Positions 37,740 to 47,775 of a stretch of DNA of 64,000 nucleotides are shown piece after piece. A program made the position numbers and the translations under genes. The notes below the pieces were generated by a model. That model made no database searches. It saw only the letters and a list, made by a program, of their open reading frames with translations, and was not told the origin of the DNA. Source of the stretch: Bacteroidales bacterium (GTDB lineage: Bacteria; Bacteroidota; Bacteroidia; Bacteroidales; UBA932); the NCBI GenBank assembly GCA_024398295.1, contig JAKSJL010000001.1, positions 1,589 through 65,588 on the forward strand, written 5' to 3'. Numbering within the stretch: position 1 is the first letter of the stretch; the number at the start of each line of letters is the position of its first letter.

Positions 37740-38867
37740 ATGTCTAAGTCAAAAGTTTACTTTACAGACTTCCGTACCCCAGCGTACGGAATGCCATTGC
37801 CACAGAAACTGCAGAAGCTCATCAAGGCTGCAGGTATCGGCGACATCGACATGGATGGCAAGTTCGTTGCCATCAAGATGCACTTCGGAGAGCATGGAAA
37901 CCTCAGTTTCCTCCGTCCAAACTATGCTAGAGCGGTGGTTGACGTGGTCAATGAGCTTGGTGGCAAGCCATTCCTCACAGACTGTAACACCATGTATCCT
38001 GGATATAGGAAGAATGCGCTTGAGCATCTGTACTGCGCATGGGAGAATGGTTTCACTCCTCTCGCAGCAGGCTGCCCTATCATCATCGGAGACGGCCTCA
38101 AGGGTACCGACGACATCGATGTGCCTGTAAATGGAGAGTATGTGAAGAATGCCCACATCGGACGCGCTATCATGGATGCTGACGTATTCATCAGCCTTAC
38201 TCACTTCAAGGGACACGAGGAAGCTGGTTTCGGCGGCGCCATAAAGAATATAGGTATGGGCTGCGGTTCACGCGCAGGAAAGAAGGAGCAGCACTCGAGC
38301 GGCAAGGCTTCTGTGACCCCTGACCTTTGCCGTGGATGTAAGAAGTGCCAGAAGGAATGTGCGAACAATGGTCTCGTGTTCAATGCTGAGGCGAAGAAGA
38401 TGACAGTGGATCAGAACAACTGCGTAGGTTGTGGCCGCTGCCTCGGTGCATGTAACTTCGACGCTATCCACTTCATCGATTCAGATGCAAATGACCTACT
38501 CGGAAAGAGAATGGCAGAGTACACAAAGGCAGTTCTCGATGGAAGACCTCATTTCCATATCTCACTCGTCATCGACGTGTCACCAAACTGCGACTGTCAT
38601 CAGGAGAATGATGCTCCTATCCTTCCAAACATTGGTATGTTCGCGTCGTTCGATCCTCTTGCACTTGACTGGGCGTGTGTAGATGCCTGCATGGCCGCTA
38701 CACCTATCCATAACAGCCAGCTGGGAGAGCATATACATGCACATGACTTCGTGGATCATCACGATCATTTCAAGAACTCGAACCCTCACTCAGACTGGAA
38801 GCCTTGTCTGGCACACGCTGAGAAGATAGGACTTGGCTCTCGTGAGTATGAGCTGATCAGAATCTAG
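37740..38867 (+). CDS. DUF362 domain 2[4Fe-4S] protein
   Basis: AIKMHFGE, HFKGH..GGAIKN.GMG, CRGCKKCQKEC and CVGCGRCLGAC. Confidence 0.88.
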   Translation: MSKSKVYFTDFRTPAYGMPLPQKLQKLIKAAGIGDIDMDGKFVAIKMHFGEHGNLSFLRPNYARAVVDVVNELGGKPFLTDCNTMYPGYRKNALEHLYCAWENGFTPLAAGCPIIIGDGLKGTDDIDVPVNGEYVKNAHIGRAIMDADVFISLTHFKGHEEAGFGGAIKNIGMGCGSRAGKKEQHSSGKASVTPDLCRGCKKCQKECANNGLVFNAEAKKMTVDQNNCVGCGRCLGACNFDAIHFIDSDANDLLGKRMAEYTKAVLDGRPHFHISLVIDVSPNCDCHQENDAPILPNIGMFASFDPLALDWACVDACMAATPIHNSQLGEHIHAHDFVDHHDHFKNSNPHSDWKPCLAHAEKIGLGSREYELIRI

Positions 38868-38884
38868 AGCGCATGTCATAATCA

Positions 38885-38912
38885 AAGAAGCCGTCCAAAA
38901 GGGCGGCTTCTT
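38885..38912. terminator. Bidirectional intrinsic terminator
   Basis: AAGAAGCCGTCC-AAAA-GGGCGGCTTCTT between convergent genes. Confidence 0.8.
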
Positions 38913-38919
38913 CGTTTTC

Positions 38920-39063
38920 TTAGGTTCCAGGGACTGTCTGTCCACCTGGATCCACTATGTGGTCGTACTGCGGCATCTGACCCCTTTCTGGTCTGTCTGT
39001 GTCAGGCTTCTGACAAGATGCTAGTCCCAGAATGAGAAGTAATGCTATGACGAGCTTTTTCAT
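38920..39063 (-). CDS. Small lipoprotein, 47 aa, unknown function
   Basis: Not in ORF track: MKKLVIALLLILGLASCQKPDTDRPERGQMPQYDHIVDPGGQTVPGT; LASC lipobox; starts 3 nt after pta stop and ends just before the terminator. Confidence 0.75.
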   Translation of the reverse strand: MKKLVIALLLILGLASCQKPDTDRPERGQMPQYDHIVDPGGQTVPGT

Positions 39064-39066
39064 GGC

Positions 39067-40074
39067 TTATTTCGCATCCATAGCCTGGCATGCTGTGATA
39101 GCGACCATCTTATAGATGTCGTCTACTGAACAGCCACGGCTGAGGTCATTAACTGGACGGGCGATACCCTGAAGGATAGGTCCGATAGCCTCTGCGCCAC
39201 CGAGTCTCTGGATAAGCTTGTAGCCGATGTTTCCAGCCTCAAGGCTAGGGAATACAAGGACATTTGCCTTACCTGCGATCTCTGAACCAGGAGCTTTCTT
39301 AGAGCCTACTGAAGGAACGAGAGCGGCGTCTGCCTGGAGCTCACCGTCAAGCTTGAGCTCTGGTGCGAGCTCATGAGCGAGCTTGGTAGCCTCGACAACC
39401 TTGTCTACAGCCTCGTGCTTCGCTGAACCCTTGGTAGAGAATGAAAGCATAGCCACGCGTGGATCTGCGAAACCAGCTACAGACTTCGCGGTCTGTGCTG
39501 TGCAAACAGCGATCTGTGCGAGCTGTCCTGCATCTGGAACTGGGGTCACAGCTACGTCGCCGATCACGAGAACGCCATCCTCGCCGTACTGCTTAGCCTC
39601 GGTGAGCATGAGCATGGCACCGCTGACGCAGGTGATGCCAGGTGCGCACTTGATGATCTGGAGTGCAGGACGAAGTGTGTCGCCGGTGGTAGAGAGAGCA
39701 CCGCTGATCTGGCCGTCAGCATCTCCGCTCTTGATGATGAGGCATCCGAAGTAGAGAGGGTTGAGGACAGTCTGACGAGCGACCTCGATGGTCATGCCCT
39801 TCTTCTGGCGGAGCTGGAAAAGGAGCTGTGCATACTCCTCAGTCTTCTCGCTGGTAGCAGGGTCGATGATGGTAGCCTTCTCGATGTTCTTGAGGCCAAG
39901 CTTCTCAGCGAGGGCGAGGATCTCCTCTCTGTTACCGATGAGGATGATCTCTGCGAGCTCATCTGCAAGGGCCTTGTCTGCTGCTGTGATGGTGCGCTCC
40001 TCAAGTGACTCTGGGAGCACGATGCGCTGCTTGTTTGACTTCGCACGCGCGATGATGTTATCCATTAAAGACAT
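39067..40074 (-). CDS. pta: Phosphate acetyltransferase
   Basis: [40 protein letters not shown]. Confidence 0.96.
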   Translation of the reverse strand: MSLMDNIIARAKSNKQRIVLPESLEERTITAADKALADELAEIILIGNREEILALAEKLGLKNIEKATIIDPATSEKTEEYAQLLFQLRQKKGMTIEVARQTVLNPLYFGCLIIKSGDADGQISGALSTTGDTLRPALQIIKCAPGITCVSGAMLMLTEAKQYGEDGVLVIGDVAVTPVPDAGQLAQIAVCTAQTAKSVAGFADPRVAMLSFSTKGSAKHEAVDKVVEATKLAHELAPELKLDGELQADAALVPSVGSKKAPGSEIAGKANVLVFPSLEAGNIGYKLIQRLGGAEAIGPILQGIARPVNDLSRGCSVDDIYKMVAITACQAMDAK

Positions 40075-40086
40075 ATTCGTGTATGT

Positions 40087-41301
40087 TTATTCGTCCATGT
40101 TCTGTACGAGATGCATGGTGTCGCGTGCGATCACGAGCTCCTCGTCTGTGGTGATGAGAGCGATCTTGACCTTTGAGTCAGGGCAAGAAAGCAGTGTGTC
40201 CTTTCCTGAAACTGCATTTGCCTCATAGTCAAACTTGACGCCGAGGTAGGTGAGGTTCTCGCATACTCTTCTGCGGAATCTTGCGTTGTTCTCACCGATA
40301 CCTGCAGTGAAGAAGATGGCGTCTACGCCGTCCATCGCAGCTACATATGAGCCAATGAGCTTGATCACGTCGTAGGTGAGCTTCTTGAGCACGAGCTTCG
40401 CTCTCTTGTCGCCCTCGTTTGCGGCAGCGTCGAGGTCGCGTGCATCAGATGAGATGCCTGAAAGGCCTGCGAAGCCACTCTTCTTGTTCATGATGTCGGT
40501 CATCTGGTCAGGAGTGAGGTTCTCCTTCTTCATGATGTAAGGGACGATATTAGGGTCGATGTTACCACATCTTGTACCCATGATCATACCCTCGAGTGGA
40601 GTGAAGCCCATAGAGGTATCCACAACCTTTCCGTTTACGATGGCGGTGACTGAGCTACCGTTACCGATATGGCAGGTGATGATCTTTGAGTTCTCGAGGT
40701 CGAGGCCTACGAACTTCGCACCCTTCTGTGCTACGAACTGGTGAGATGTGCCGTGTGCACCGTAGCGACGTACGCGATACTTGGTGTAGTACTCATATGG
40801 GAGAGCATACATGTATGCATACTCAGGCATGGTCTGGTGATATGCGGTGTCGAAGGTAACTACCTGAGGGACAGAAGGGAGAACCTGCTGTACGGCTCTG
40901 ATACCGAGGATGTGTGCTGGGTTATGGAGCGGAGCGAAGTCGCAGCAGATGCCGATCTTCTCCATGACGTCCTCATCCACGATGGCGCTGCCTGAGAAAT
41001 AGTCAGCACCCTGGACGATACGGTGACCTACGGCCTCGATGTCGTCGAAAGACTTGAGCACACCGCTTACAGGGTTGATGAGCTCGTCAAGGACAAGCTG
41101 CATACCTATCTTATGGTCTGCGATAGGGAGCTCCTTATATACCTTGTCCTTACCTGTAGGTCTGTGAGTGAGAGCTCCCATAGGGAGGCCAATCTTCTCG
41201 ACAAGACCCTTTGCAAGGAGATCGTAAACGTCGTCATTCTTCATGTCAAGCAGCTGGTACTTGATGGAAGAACTTCCGCAATTGATAACAAGAATGATCA
41301 T
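40087..41301 (-). CDS. ackA: Acetate kinase
   Basis: INCGSSSIKY, GHRIV, APLHNP, FDTAYH, HGTSH, FTAGIGEN, TDEE; TAACTTTG at 41353-41346. Confidence 0.96.
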   Translation of the reverse strand: MIILVINCGSSSIKYQLLDMKNDDVYDLLAKGLVEKIGLPMGALTHRPTGKDKVYKELPIADHKIGMQLVLDELINPVSGVLKSFDDIEAVGHRIVQGADYFSGSAIVDEDVMEKIGICCDFAPLHNPAHILGIRAVQQVLPSVPQVVTFDTAYHQTMPEYAYMYALPYEYYTKYRVRRYGAHGTSHQFVAQKGAKFVGLDLENSKIITCHIGNGSSVTAIVNGKVVDTSMGFTPLEGMIMGTRCGNIDPNIVPYIMKKENLTPDQMTDIMNKKSGFAGLSGISSDARDLDAAANEGDKRAKLVLKKLTYDVIKLIGSYVAAMDGVDAIFFTAGIGENNARFRRRVCENLTYLGVKFDYEANAVSGKDTLLSCPDSKVKIALITTDEELVIARDTMHLVQNMDE

Positions 41302-41392
41302 AACTTATATTTTTTCAAATTTTAACCAAGTTTTGCTATAACACACAAAGTTAACAATAATTCTCACTATATTAGCAAAAATCTGTTTCGAA

Positions 41393-42475
41393 ATGGATGT
41401 GGCTGGAGAGATTGAGGGGATTTCGATTCCTTTTGTGATAGGTGTGTTTGTGGGCGCTGTCCTGGCGCCTTCTACAGGTGGGTTTCTCCTGCCTGCTTCG
41501 CTGTCACTTGCTTCGCTGTTTGCTGCAGCGAGCATCATTTTCCTTATGTCCAGGGACGCCTCTGGAGCGTATGGGCCGATGCTCATGTTCTTCCTTCTGG
41601 GCGTGTTCTGCTTCACATCAAGGGCGATCTGTGTGGATGTCTCTGACCCAGAGCCGATGCTCGCGAAGGCGGCGCTGCAGCGGTTGAGGGCGCTGATAGC
41701 GGGCATCCCGTTCGCCCACGGGCGGACGAATGCCCTGCTGATGGCGCTCCTCACGGGCGACCGCTCAGGCCTTGCGGCCGCGCAGGTCGCCGCGTTCCGC
41801 GCCGCCGGCGCTTCCCACATCCTCGCGCTTTCCGGCCTGCATCTCGGACTCGTGTATATGATGGTGGGACGTACTCTGGGACTGCTCGGGAACTCCCCAC
41901 GCATGAGGCTCGTCCGCTCGGTACTATGTGTGGCCCTCGCTGGTTTCTATACCGTCATGACGGGCGCAGGCCCTTCCATAGTCCGTGCTTTTCTTTTCAT
42001 CTGCTTCAGAGAGATCTCGGTCATTGACCCTGAAAGGAAGGCTGAGCCGAAGAACATCTTCTTTGCGGCGCTGACTGTGCAGCTTGTGCTGACTCCGTCG
42101 GTAATCATGAGCATTGGCTTTCAACTGTCGTATCTGGCTATGTGCGGCATTGTCTTCGTCTTCCCGTACCTGAAGAGCTGGTATCCAGAGGAACGCAGGA
42201 CTTCGCCCATGCATTGGATGTGGAATGCCGTGTCGCTGACATTGTCGTGTCAGGTTTTCACCGCTCCTCTCAGCTGGATTCGCTTTCATAGCTTCCCTAG
42301 GTATTTCCTGCTTACGAATCTGATTGCATTGCCATTGACCTCTGTCATAATGACGCTTGCCGTGGTGGTAGTGGCTGCTCAGGCCATAAACATGTGTCCC
42401 CCAGCTCTGGTGTGGCTGGAGGACACTGCTGTTCAGGTATTTCTCTTCGTGCTTGAAGCTATTTCGTCGATGTGA
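41393..42475 (+). CDS. comEC: ComEC/Rec2 family competence protein (membrane domain only)
   Basis: GASHILALSGLH, GAGPSIVRA, GFQLSY; no C-terminal metallo-beta-lactamase domain. Confidence 0.85.
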   Translation: MDVAGEIEGISIPFVIGVFVGAVLAPSTGGFLLPASLSLASLFAAASIIFLMSRDASGAYGPMLMFFLLGVFCFTSRAICVDVSDPEPMLAKAALQRLRALIAGIPFAHGRTNALLMALLTGDRSGLAAAQVAAFRAAGASHILALSGLHLGLVYMMVGRTLGLLGNSPRMRLVRSVLCVALAGFYTVMTGAGPSIVRAFLFICFREISVIDPERKAEPKNIFFAALTVQLVLTPSVIMSIGFQLSYLAMCGIVFVFPYLKSWYPEERRTSPMHWMWNAVSLTLSCQVFTAPLSWIRFHSFPRYFLLTNLIALPLTSVIMTLAVVVVAAQAINMCPPALVWLEDTAVQVFLFVLEAISSM

Positions 42476-43520
42476 TGACGTTGAATCCGTCAGATGCCCA
42501 CTCGCGCATCTGGCCTCCCTCGTCATAGATGAGGTAGCCTTCCAGGTCAGCTCGTGAGCAGATGAACTCCTTCGCCTCCTCCAGACCGATCACCATGCAG
42601 TAGGTCGCGAGCGCATCCGCCTCTGCCGATGTGGGAGCCACAATGGTGGCGCTCAGCAGGCTGTGCTGTACAGGGTAGCCTGTGCGAGGATCAACGGTGT
42701 GGGCGTATTTCTTTCCGTCCACGATATGGAACTTGCGGTAGTTTCCTGATGTCACGATGCCGCATGCGCTGCCATCCGACTGCCAAATGCCGTCGATGTC
42801 GGCTCCCAGCTCGTCATTTCCATCTACCGGTCTGTCCACTCCTATCGACCAGCCTATGCCTGCAGGGTTCACGCCTTCGCAGTATATCTCACCGATATCC
42901 ACGAGCATGTCATGGATGCCGAGGGAGTGGAGGTATTCTGCCACGAGGTCGCACGAGTAGCCCTGTGCGACTGCATTGTAATTCAGCCTTGGAAGCGCCT
43001 CCGAGCCGTCCGTGATCAGTGCGGCAGGGGAGAGCAAGCCATCCTGGATGGCGCCTTCCATGTGCTTCGCCAGCCTCTTCATGCCGCATGTGGCGAGCGT
43101 CTGCTGCACCTGCTCGTCGGTAGGGAATGACTCTCCCTTGAAACCGAATCCCCAGACATCGAAGAGTGGCCCCGATGCCACATCAAGTGCAGTGCCTGTC
43201 TGCTCGTACATCTGCGCGCAGTAGTCGTAGATGTCGATGAAGAGCTGGTTCGGCCTCACTGCTTCGCCTGCGTTGAAGCGGCTCAGCATCGAGGACTTGT
43301 TATAACCCGAAAGTGTGGTGTCGATGAGGGTGAGGATGGAGTCAATGCCCTCGCGTATAGCCTCTGGAGCGACGTGCACCTCCTTCAGGTTCATCTTCAC
43401 TGTGTAGGTCCCGCCCTGGGCGAATCCATTCACGGCAATGTACCTGTCAGAGCGGCTGCAGCCGCCCAATGTCAGCGCGATCATCGCGGCAGTGATGAAA
43501 AAAGTGGCAATGCTTCTCAT
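42459..43520 (-). CDS. apbE: FAD:protein FMN transferase ApbE (lipoprotein)
   Basis: Lipobox LGGC, QGGTY, WGFG, AQGY..D, TSGNYR, HTVDPRTG, ADALAT. Confidence 0.92.
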   Translation of the reverse strand: MRSIATFFITAAMIALTLGGCSRSDRYIAVNGFAQGGTYTVKMNLKEVHVAPEAIREGIDSILTLIDTTLSGYNKSSMLSRFNAGEAVRPNQLFIDIYDYCAQMYEQTGTALDVASGPLFDVWGFGFKGESFPTDEQVQQTLATCGMKRLAKHMEGAIQDGLLSPAALITDGSEALPRLNYNAVAQGYSCDLVAEYLHSLGIHDMLVDIGEIYCEGVNPAGIGWSIGVDRPVDGNDELGADIDGIWQSDGSACGIVTSGNYRKFHIVDGKKYAHTVDPRTGYPVQHSLLSATIVAPTSAEADALATYCMVIGLEEAKEFICSRADLEGYLIYDEGGQMREWASDGFNVITSTK

Positions 43521-43596
43521 ATTCGGCAAAGTATTTGCACAAATTTAGCGGTTTTGACCCAAAAAATGCTCATATTTGTAAGTTAATTGACTAATT

Positions 43597-44628
43597 ATGC
43601 ATTTGATGAATAAATACTTGAAGATTTCGTTGGCACTCTGTACTGCTGCCTTGCTCGCTCTCTCGTGCGAGGAGAAGGAGGAGGAGACTACCACTAACTA
43701 CTTCAGCGGCTCATTGAAGTTCGATATGCCTTCGTATGTTCTCAAGGGACAGACCTTTGATCTCGTCCCTTCTGGCGCGAAGAGAGATGATGATGGCGAC
43801 TACAGAGTCTACTGGAAGCTTCTTTCCAGCGATTCCCGTATCTCACGTACAGATACCACCAAGGCTTACGGAGAGGTAAAGGATGGTAGATATAAGCTTG
43901 TGGTTCCGGATACACTTTGTTCTTTCACCGTTACCTGCTACTATAATGCTGAAGGTTATTCCGCAGCATCCTGCTCGAAGAAGTTCGTAGTGGTAGACGC
44001 GGATAGGGAGAATGGTTCGCTCAAGGGACTCCAGCTCAGACCAGATGATTTCGTGTTTGTGGACGTCAGGGATGGCTTGAAGTATAACTGCACAACAGTA
44101 GGAAAGACAGACTGGTTCAGAGAGAACCTCGCCTACGTCCCTAAGGGAAAGGCCTTCCTCGATGCTGACGCCATGTCCAAGGTAGCTGGTCGTTTCTATA
44201 CCTGGAGTGAGGCTAAGGCCGCTTGTCCTACAGGATGGAGACTTCCTTCCCAGGACGACTGGATGGCTGCGGCCCAGGCTGCTGGCGCTCAGGTGACAGA
44301 TAAGAATTCTACATTCAAAGCGTGCGCAGGTCTTTTCATGGCGGATATCTATTTCAATGGCGCCAAGATGTGGGAGTTCTGGCCAGATGTGAAGGTTACA
44401 GATAAGACCGGTATAAGCATCTTCCCATTTGGATATGCCCTCGTAGACGGCAGCGACTACTCTTTCAGAAACTATCAGGATTACTCAGCGCATTGGACTG
44501 CAGATGAGTCTGATGACGAGTATGCTTACTATCGTTACATCTTTGTCCAGAAGCCGGATCTCTATACAGGCACGGCGCTTAAGGATGGATTCGCAGCGCA
44601 GGTTCGTTGCGTTAGAGACAGAGTCTAA
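43597..44628 (+). CDS. Lipoprotein with FISUMP (Fibrobacter succinogenes major paralogous) domain
   Basis: LALSC followed by acidic EEKEEE; WFRENL, GRFYTW..A..ACPTGWRLPS..DW, VRCVRD. Confidence 0.85.
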   Translation: MHLMNKYLKISLALCTAALLALSCEEKEEETTTNYFSGSLKFDMPSYVLKGQTFDLVPSGAKRDDDGDYRVYWKLLSSDSRISRTDTTKAYGEVKDGRYKLVVPDTLCSFTVTCYYNAEGYSAASCSKKFVVVDADRENGSLKGLQLRPDDFVFVDVRDGLKYNCTTVGKTDWFRENLAYVPKGKAFLDADAMSKVAGRFYTWSEAKAACPTGWRLPSQDDWMAAAQAAGAQVTDKNSTFKACAGLFMADIYFNGAKMWEFWPDVKVTDKTGISIFPFGYALVDGSDYSFRNYQDYSAHWTADESDDEYAYYRYIFVQKPDLYTGTALKDGFAAQVRCVRDRV

Positions 44629-44647
44629 AAGTCATTACATATATATT

Positions 44648-44675
44648 TAAAGGGTGACCGTTTGGCCACCCTTTA
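44648..44675. terminator. Bidirectional intrinsic terminator
   Basis: TAAAGGGTGACC-GTTT-GGCCACCCTTTA followed by a T run, between convergent genes. Confidence 0.75.
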
Positions 44676-44678
44676 TTT

Positions 44679-46553
44679 TTACTTTAGCAGGTCTATGACT
44701 GACCTGTTTGCTTTCGATACCCGTCCGACGTCCAGCTTGTTCACCTTTCTGTCGTATGTCATGAGGCCATTGACCTCACCCTCCACGTCTGTAGTCTGGG
44801 TATAGACTGCTCCACTTACACCCTGTCTGGTGAGCTCCTTCATGGTCTCTGTGAACTCGACATACTTGTCGGTGACCTCCTGTGAGGACTTGAATTCCTG
44901 GTATCCCCAGTTCTTGTCAGCCTGCCAGAGATGGCCCTCGAGTGGGAGGCCGAGTCCGCCGTATTCGCCCACCACGTTCACGAGGTCATTGTCCCATACC
45001 CTCATCCTAGGCTGAGGGTAGTTGTGGCTGTCCATGATGTCACCCACTCCACCGCTGATCCAGTTTCCGCCGGAAGCCATGTTGATGAGTCTGGTGTCGT
45101 CCTGCTTCCTGGTGAATGCGACGACGCGAGGGGTATCAAACTGGCCCCACGCCTCGTTGAATGGCACCCAGACCACGATGCATGGATACTCCTTGCGCTG
45201 TGCAATGATCTCTGACCACTCCTTGAAGTAGTTCTCCTTCGCGGCATCGCTGAGTGGGAAGTCGGTGCCTTCGTCATACTCATTGTCTCCCCAATGGTTG
45301 AGGTCGTTGGCGGCATTTGAAGGCATGTCCTGCCATACCATGATGCCCAGCTGGTCGCAATGGGTGTACCATCTGGCTGGCTCTATCTTTATGTGCTTTC
45401 GTATCATGTTGAAACCGTACTCCTTGGTCATCTCGACATCGTGTCTGAGAGCCTCGTCAGTCGGTGCCGTATAGAGGCCGTCTGGCCACCATCCCTGGTC
45501 AAGTGGTCCGTAGTGGAATATAGGCTTGCCGTTAAGAGCGAAGCGCCTGTGGCCCGCAGCATCGGTGATGGTGCCTACCTCGCGCATCGCTGCATAGCCC
45601 TTGATGCAGTCCACTGTCTCTCCTGCACGGATGATGCTTATGTTCAGACCATAGAGGTATGGGTAGTCTGGACTCCAGGTCTTGATAGTCTTGAGGACAA
45701 GTCTGGCTGGCTTCCCGTCCACAGTATTCATGCTTGTGATGATGCTCTGACCAGGTGCCTCGGCTGAATAGCCTACCTTTCCCTCTATGAGATCTATCTT
45801 GATGACATCACCTTCCTTGGCATTCTTGATGGTAGGGTAGACCACAAGTGAGCTGTCTGCGAGTGAGGCTACGGTGTAGTAGCTCTCTATCGATGTCTCC
45901 GGAACTGCCTCCATCCACACTGACTGCCATATGCCGGTGACTCTGGTGTACCAGATGCCGCTAGGCTTGGAAACCTGCTTTCCTCGTGGCTGGAAGTTTC
46001 CCTTGTCGGTAGCATCGAGAACCTTGACCTCGATGGTCTGCTTGCCATTCATATATAAATAAGGTGTGATGTCATAGCTGAAGGCTGTGTATCCTCCTGT
46101 ATGTCTGCCCATGCTCTGGCCATTCACGAATACTTCTGAGTCCCAGTCCACGGCATCGAAGTTGAGCATGATGTGTTTTCCATTCCAGTCCTTAGGCACC
46201 TCGATTATCCTCCTGTACCACAACGAGCTGTCTGCTGACACGGTGCGGCCTACTCCTGAGAGTGAAGACTCTACAGGGAACGGAACCAGAATCTTTCCTT
46301 CTGGCTCTGGCATTTCCTTTACTCCGGCCTCCACGATGGCGTAGTCCCACAGACCATTGAGTGACTGCCAGTCGTCTCTTACCATCTTAGGCCTAGGATA
46401 CTCAGGATGTGCGTTCTGAGGAGTCACTTCCTCAGCCCAAGCTGTCCTGATCCTGTCTCCCGCTGGTGCCCAGCTCTCTTCTGTCGTACGGCTGGTGCAT
46501 GCCACCAGTGCCATGGCTATGGCTCCAGCAGCGAAAAAAACTTTGAATGTCAT
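44679..46553 (-). CDS. Glycoside hydrolase family 2 lipoprotein
   Basis: LVAC lipobox; EYPRP, SLNGLW, H.GGY, LDQGWWPDG, PFNEAWG (acid/base), GEYGG (nucleophile). Confidence 0.9.
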   Translation of the reverse strand: MTFKVFFAAGAIAMALVACTSRTTEESWAPAGDRIRTAWAEEVTPQNAHPEYPRPKMVRDDWQSLNGLWDYAIVEAGVKEMPEPEGKILVPFPVESSLSGVGRTVSADSSLWYRRIIEVPKDWNGKHIMLNFDAVDWDSEVFVNGQSMGRHTGGYTAFSYDITPYLYMNGKQTIEVKVLDATDKGNFQPRGKQVSKPSGIWYTRVTGIWQSVWMEAVPETSIESYYTVASLADSSLVVYPTIKNAKEGDVIKIDLIEGKVGYSAEAPGQSIITSMNTVDGKPARLVLKTIKTWSPDYPYLYGLNISIIRAGETVDCIKGYAAMREVGTITDAAGHRRFALNGKPIFHYGPLDQGWWPDGLYTAPTDEALRHDVEMTKEYGFNMIRKHIKIEPARWYTHCDQLGIMVWQDMPSNAANDLNHWGDNEYDEGTDFPLSDAAKENYFKEWSEIIAQRKEYPCIVVWVPFNEAWGQFDTPRVVAFTRKQDDTRLINMASGGNWISGGVGDIMDSHNYPQPRMRVWDNDLVNVVGEYGGLGLPLEGHLWQADKNWGYQEFKSSQEVTDKYVEFTETMKELTRQGVSGAVYTQTTDVEGEVNGLMTYDRKVNKLDVGRVSKANRSVIDLLK

Positions 46554-46554
46554 C

Positions 46555-47091
46555 TTATTTCTTTATGAAAAATGAAAAGTGAACTCTACCGTAAGTTCTC
46601 TCCTTGACAAAGCAAGGATGCGCCTTGAACGAGTGCTCGTCTCCATGTTCAAGGATAAAGTAGCACTCTGGGTGAAGCAGGTCCAGACCAAGCACCTGGT
46701 CTGGTATGGTCTGGAGATTCTCCAGTGCGTAAGGAGGGTCTGCGAAGATGATGTCGAACTTCTCGCGGCAGATAGGGAGAAAATCGAAGACATTGTCTCT
46801 CACCATGGTCACATTTGTGAGTCCCAGCCTGCCGGCTTCTGTCTTTATGAAAGAGGCATTCTCCCTGGCCATCTCCACACAGTATACGCGTGACGCTCCT
46901 CTGGAGGCGAACTCGAATGCAATGGATCCTGTGCCGCCGAAGAGGTCCAGGACCTTCAGGTCCTCGAACTCGTATTCATTGTCCAAGATGTTGAAAAGGC
47001 CCTCCTTCGCGAAATCCGTGGTAGGGCGGGCCTTATATCCTGCTGGGGGATTGATAGACTTCCCCTTGAGCTTTCCTCCGATTATTCTCAT
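46555..47091 (-). CDS. rsmD: 16S rRNA m2G966 methyltransferase
   Basis: MRIIGG, RPTTD..KEGLFN, LDLFGGTG, DPPY. Confidence 0.92.
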   Translation of the reverse strand: MRIIGGKLKGKSINPPAGYKARPTTDFAKEGLFNILDNEYEFEDLKVLDLFGGTGSIAFEFASRGASRVYCVEMARENASFIKTEAGRLGLTNVTMVRDNVFDFLPICREKFDIIFADPPYALENLQTIPDQVLGLDLLHPECYFILEHGDEHSFKAHPCFVKERTYGRVHFSFFIKK

Positions 47092-47771
47092 ATCTGCTCT
47101 ACTGCTTTGAAGTATCTGTAAAGAGACATCTCATCCTCTGCCTTGAGAGGCATTCTCCAGCATATGGTAGATACCTCTGGATTCAGCTGGAGCGACTTCA
47201 TGGCGTTGAAGATGAAGTATTCCGCCGTGGTGAAGTCGGGTGCATGGAAGCTGTTTGCGAGCAGCAGGCTCTTTCCCTGCGCGATGGCCAGATGGAGATG
47301 GCTGTCCTTCCATGTCGCCAGGATCTTGTTGTACTCAGGGCACTTAGGCAGCTCCTCGAGTATGTAGTACATCTCAGGGAGTATCCTGGCGGTCTCGCCT
47401 GATGTGGTCCTTACTGTCTGCTCGATGACCTTCGAGAGCGACTCATCGATGGAATTTGAGAAGATGAGACTCGCTCCGAACTGCGGTACCTCCACATATT
47501 CTACCGCATCGCTCTCCCTGATGTTCATGACGTCAGAGAGCATGCTTCTCGCAGAAGACGGTGTGAAGAACTGAGAAGGGACGAGAGTGAACTTCGGGGT
47601 GAGAAGGGAAATGCGTACTTCGTCGTAGCGCTTCTGAAGCTCAGGGCAGGTGAAGACGCGCTCGGCGCCAAGCCATCCAGATGTCTTGACGTCATTACCA
47701 CTCTCTATTTTAAAAGAATATCCACTCAAGGTGACTTGAATGGATATTCTCTCTTTCTGTATTTGATCCAT
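47088..47771 (-). CDS. DUF3822 family protein
   Basis: Start ATG 47771; SIQV...GYSF, FTLVP..F, LANSF; position upstream of rsmD as in other Bacteroidota. Confidence 0.7.
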   Translation of the reverse strand: MDQIQKERISIQVTLSGYSFKIESGNDVKTSGWLGAERVFTCPELQKRYDEVRISLLTPKFTLVPSQFFTPSSARSMLSDVMNIRESDAVEYVEVPQFGASLIFSNSIDESLSKVIEQTVRTTSGETARILPEMYYILEELPKCPEYNKILATWKDSHLHLAIAQGKSLLLANSFHAPDFTTAEYFIFNAMKSLQLNPEVSTICWRMPLKAEDEMSLYRYFKAVEQI

Positions 47772-47775
47772 CAGA

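Noticed and set aside
41660-41840. GC-rich patch within comEC as a possible foreign insert
   Set aside because: In frame, encodes the conserved Ala/Gly-rich competence domain core, no boundary features
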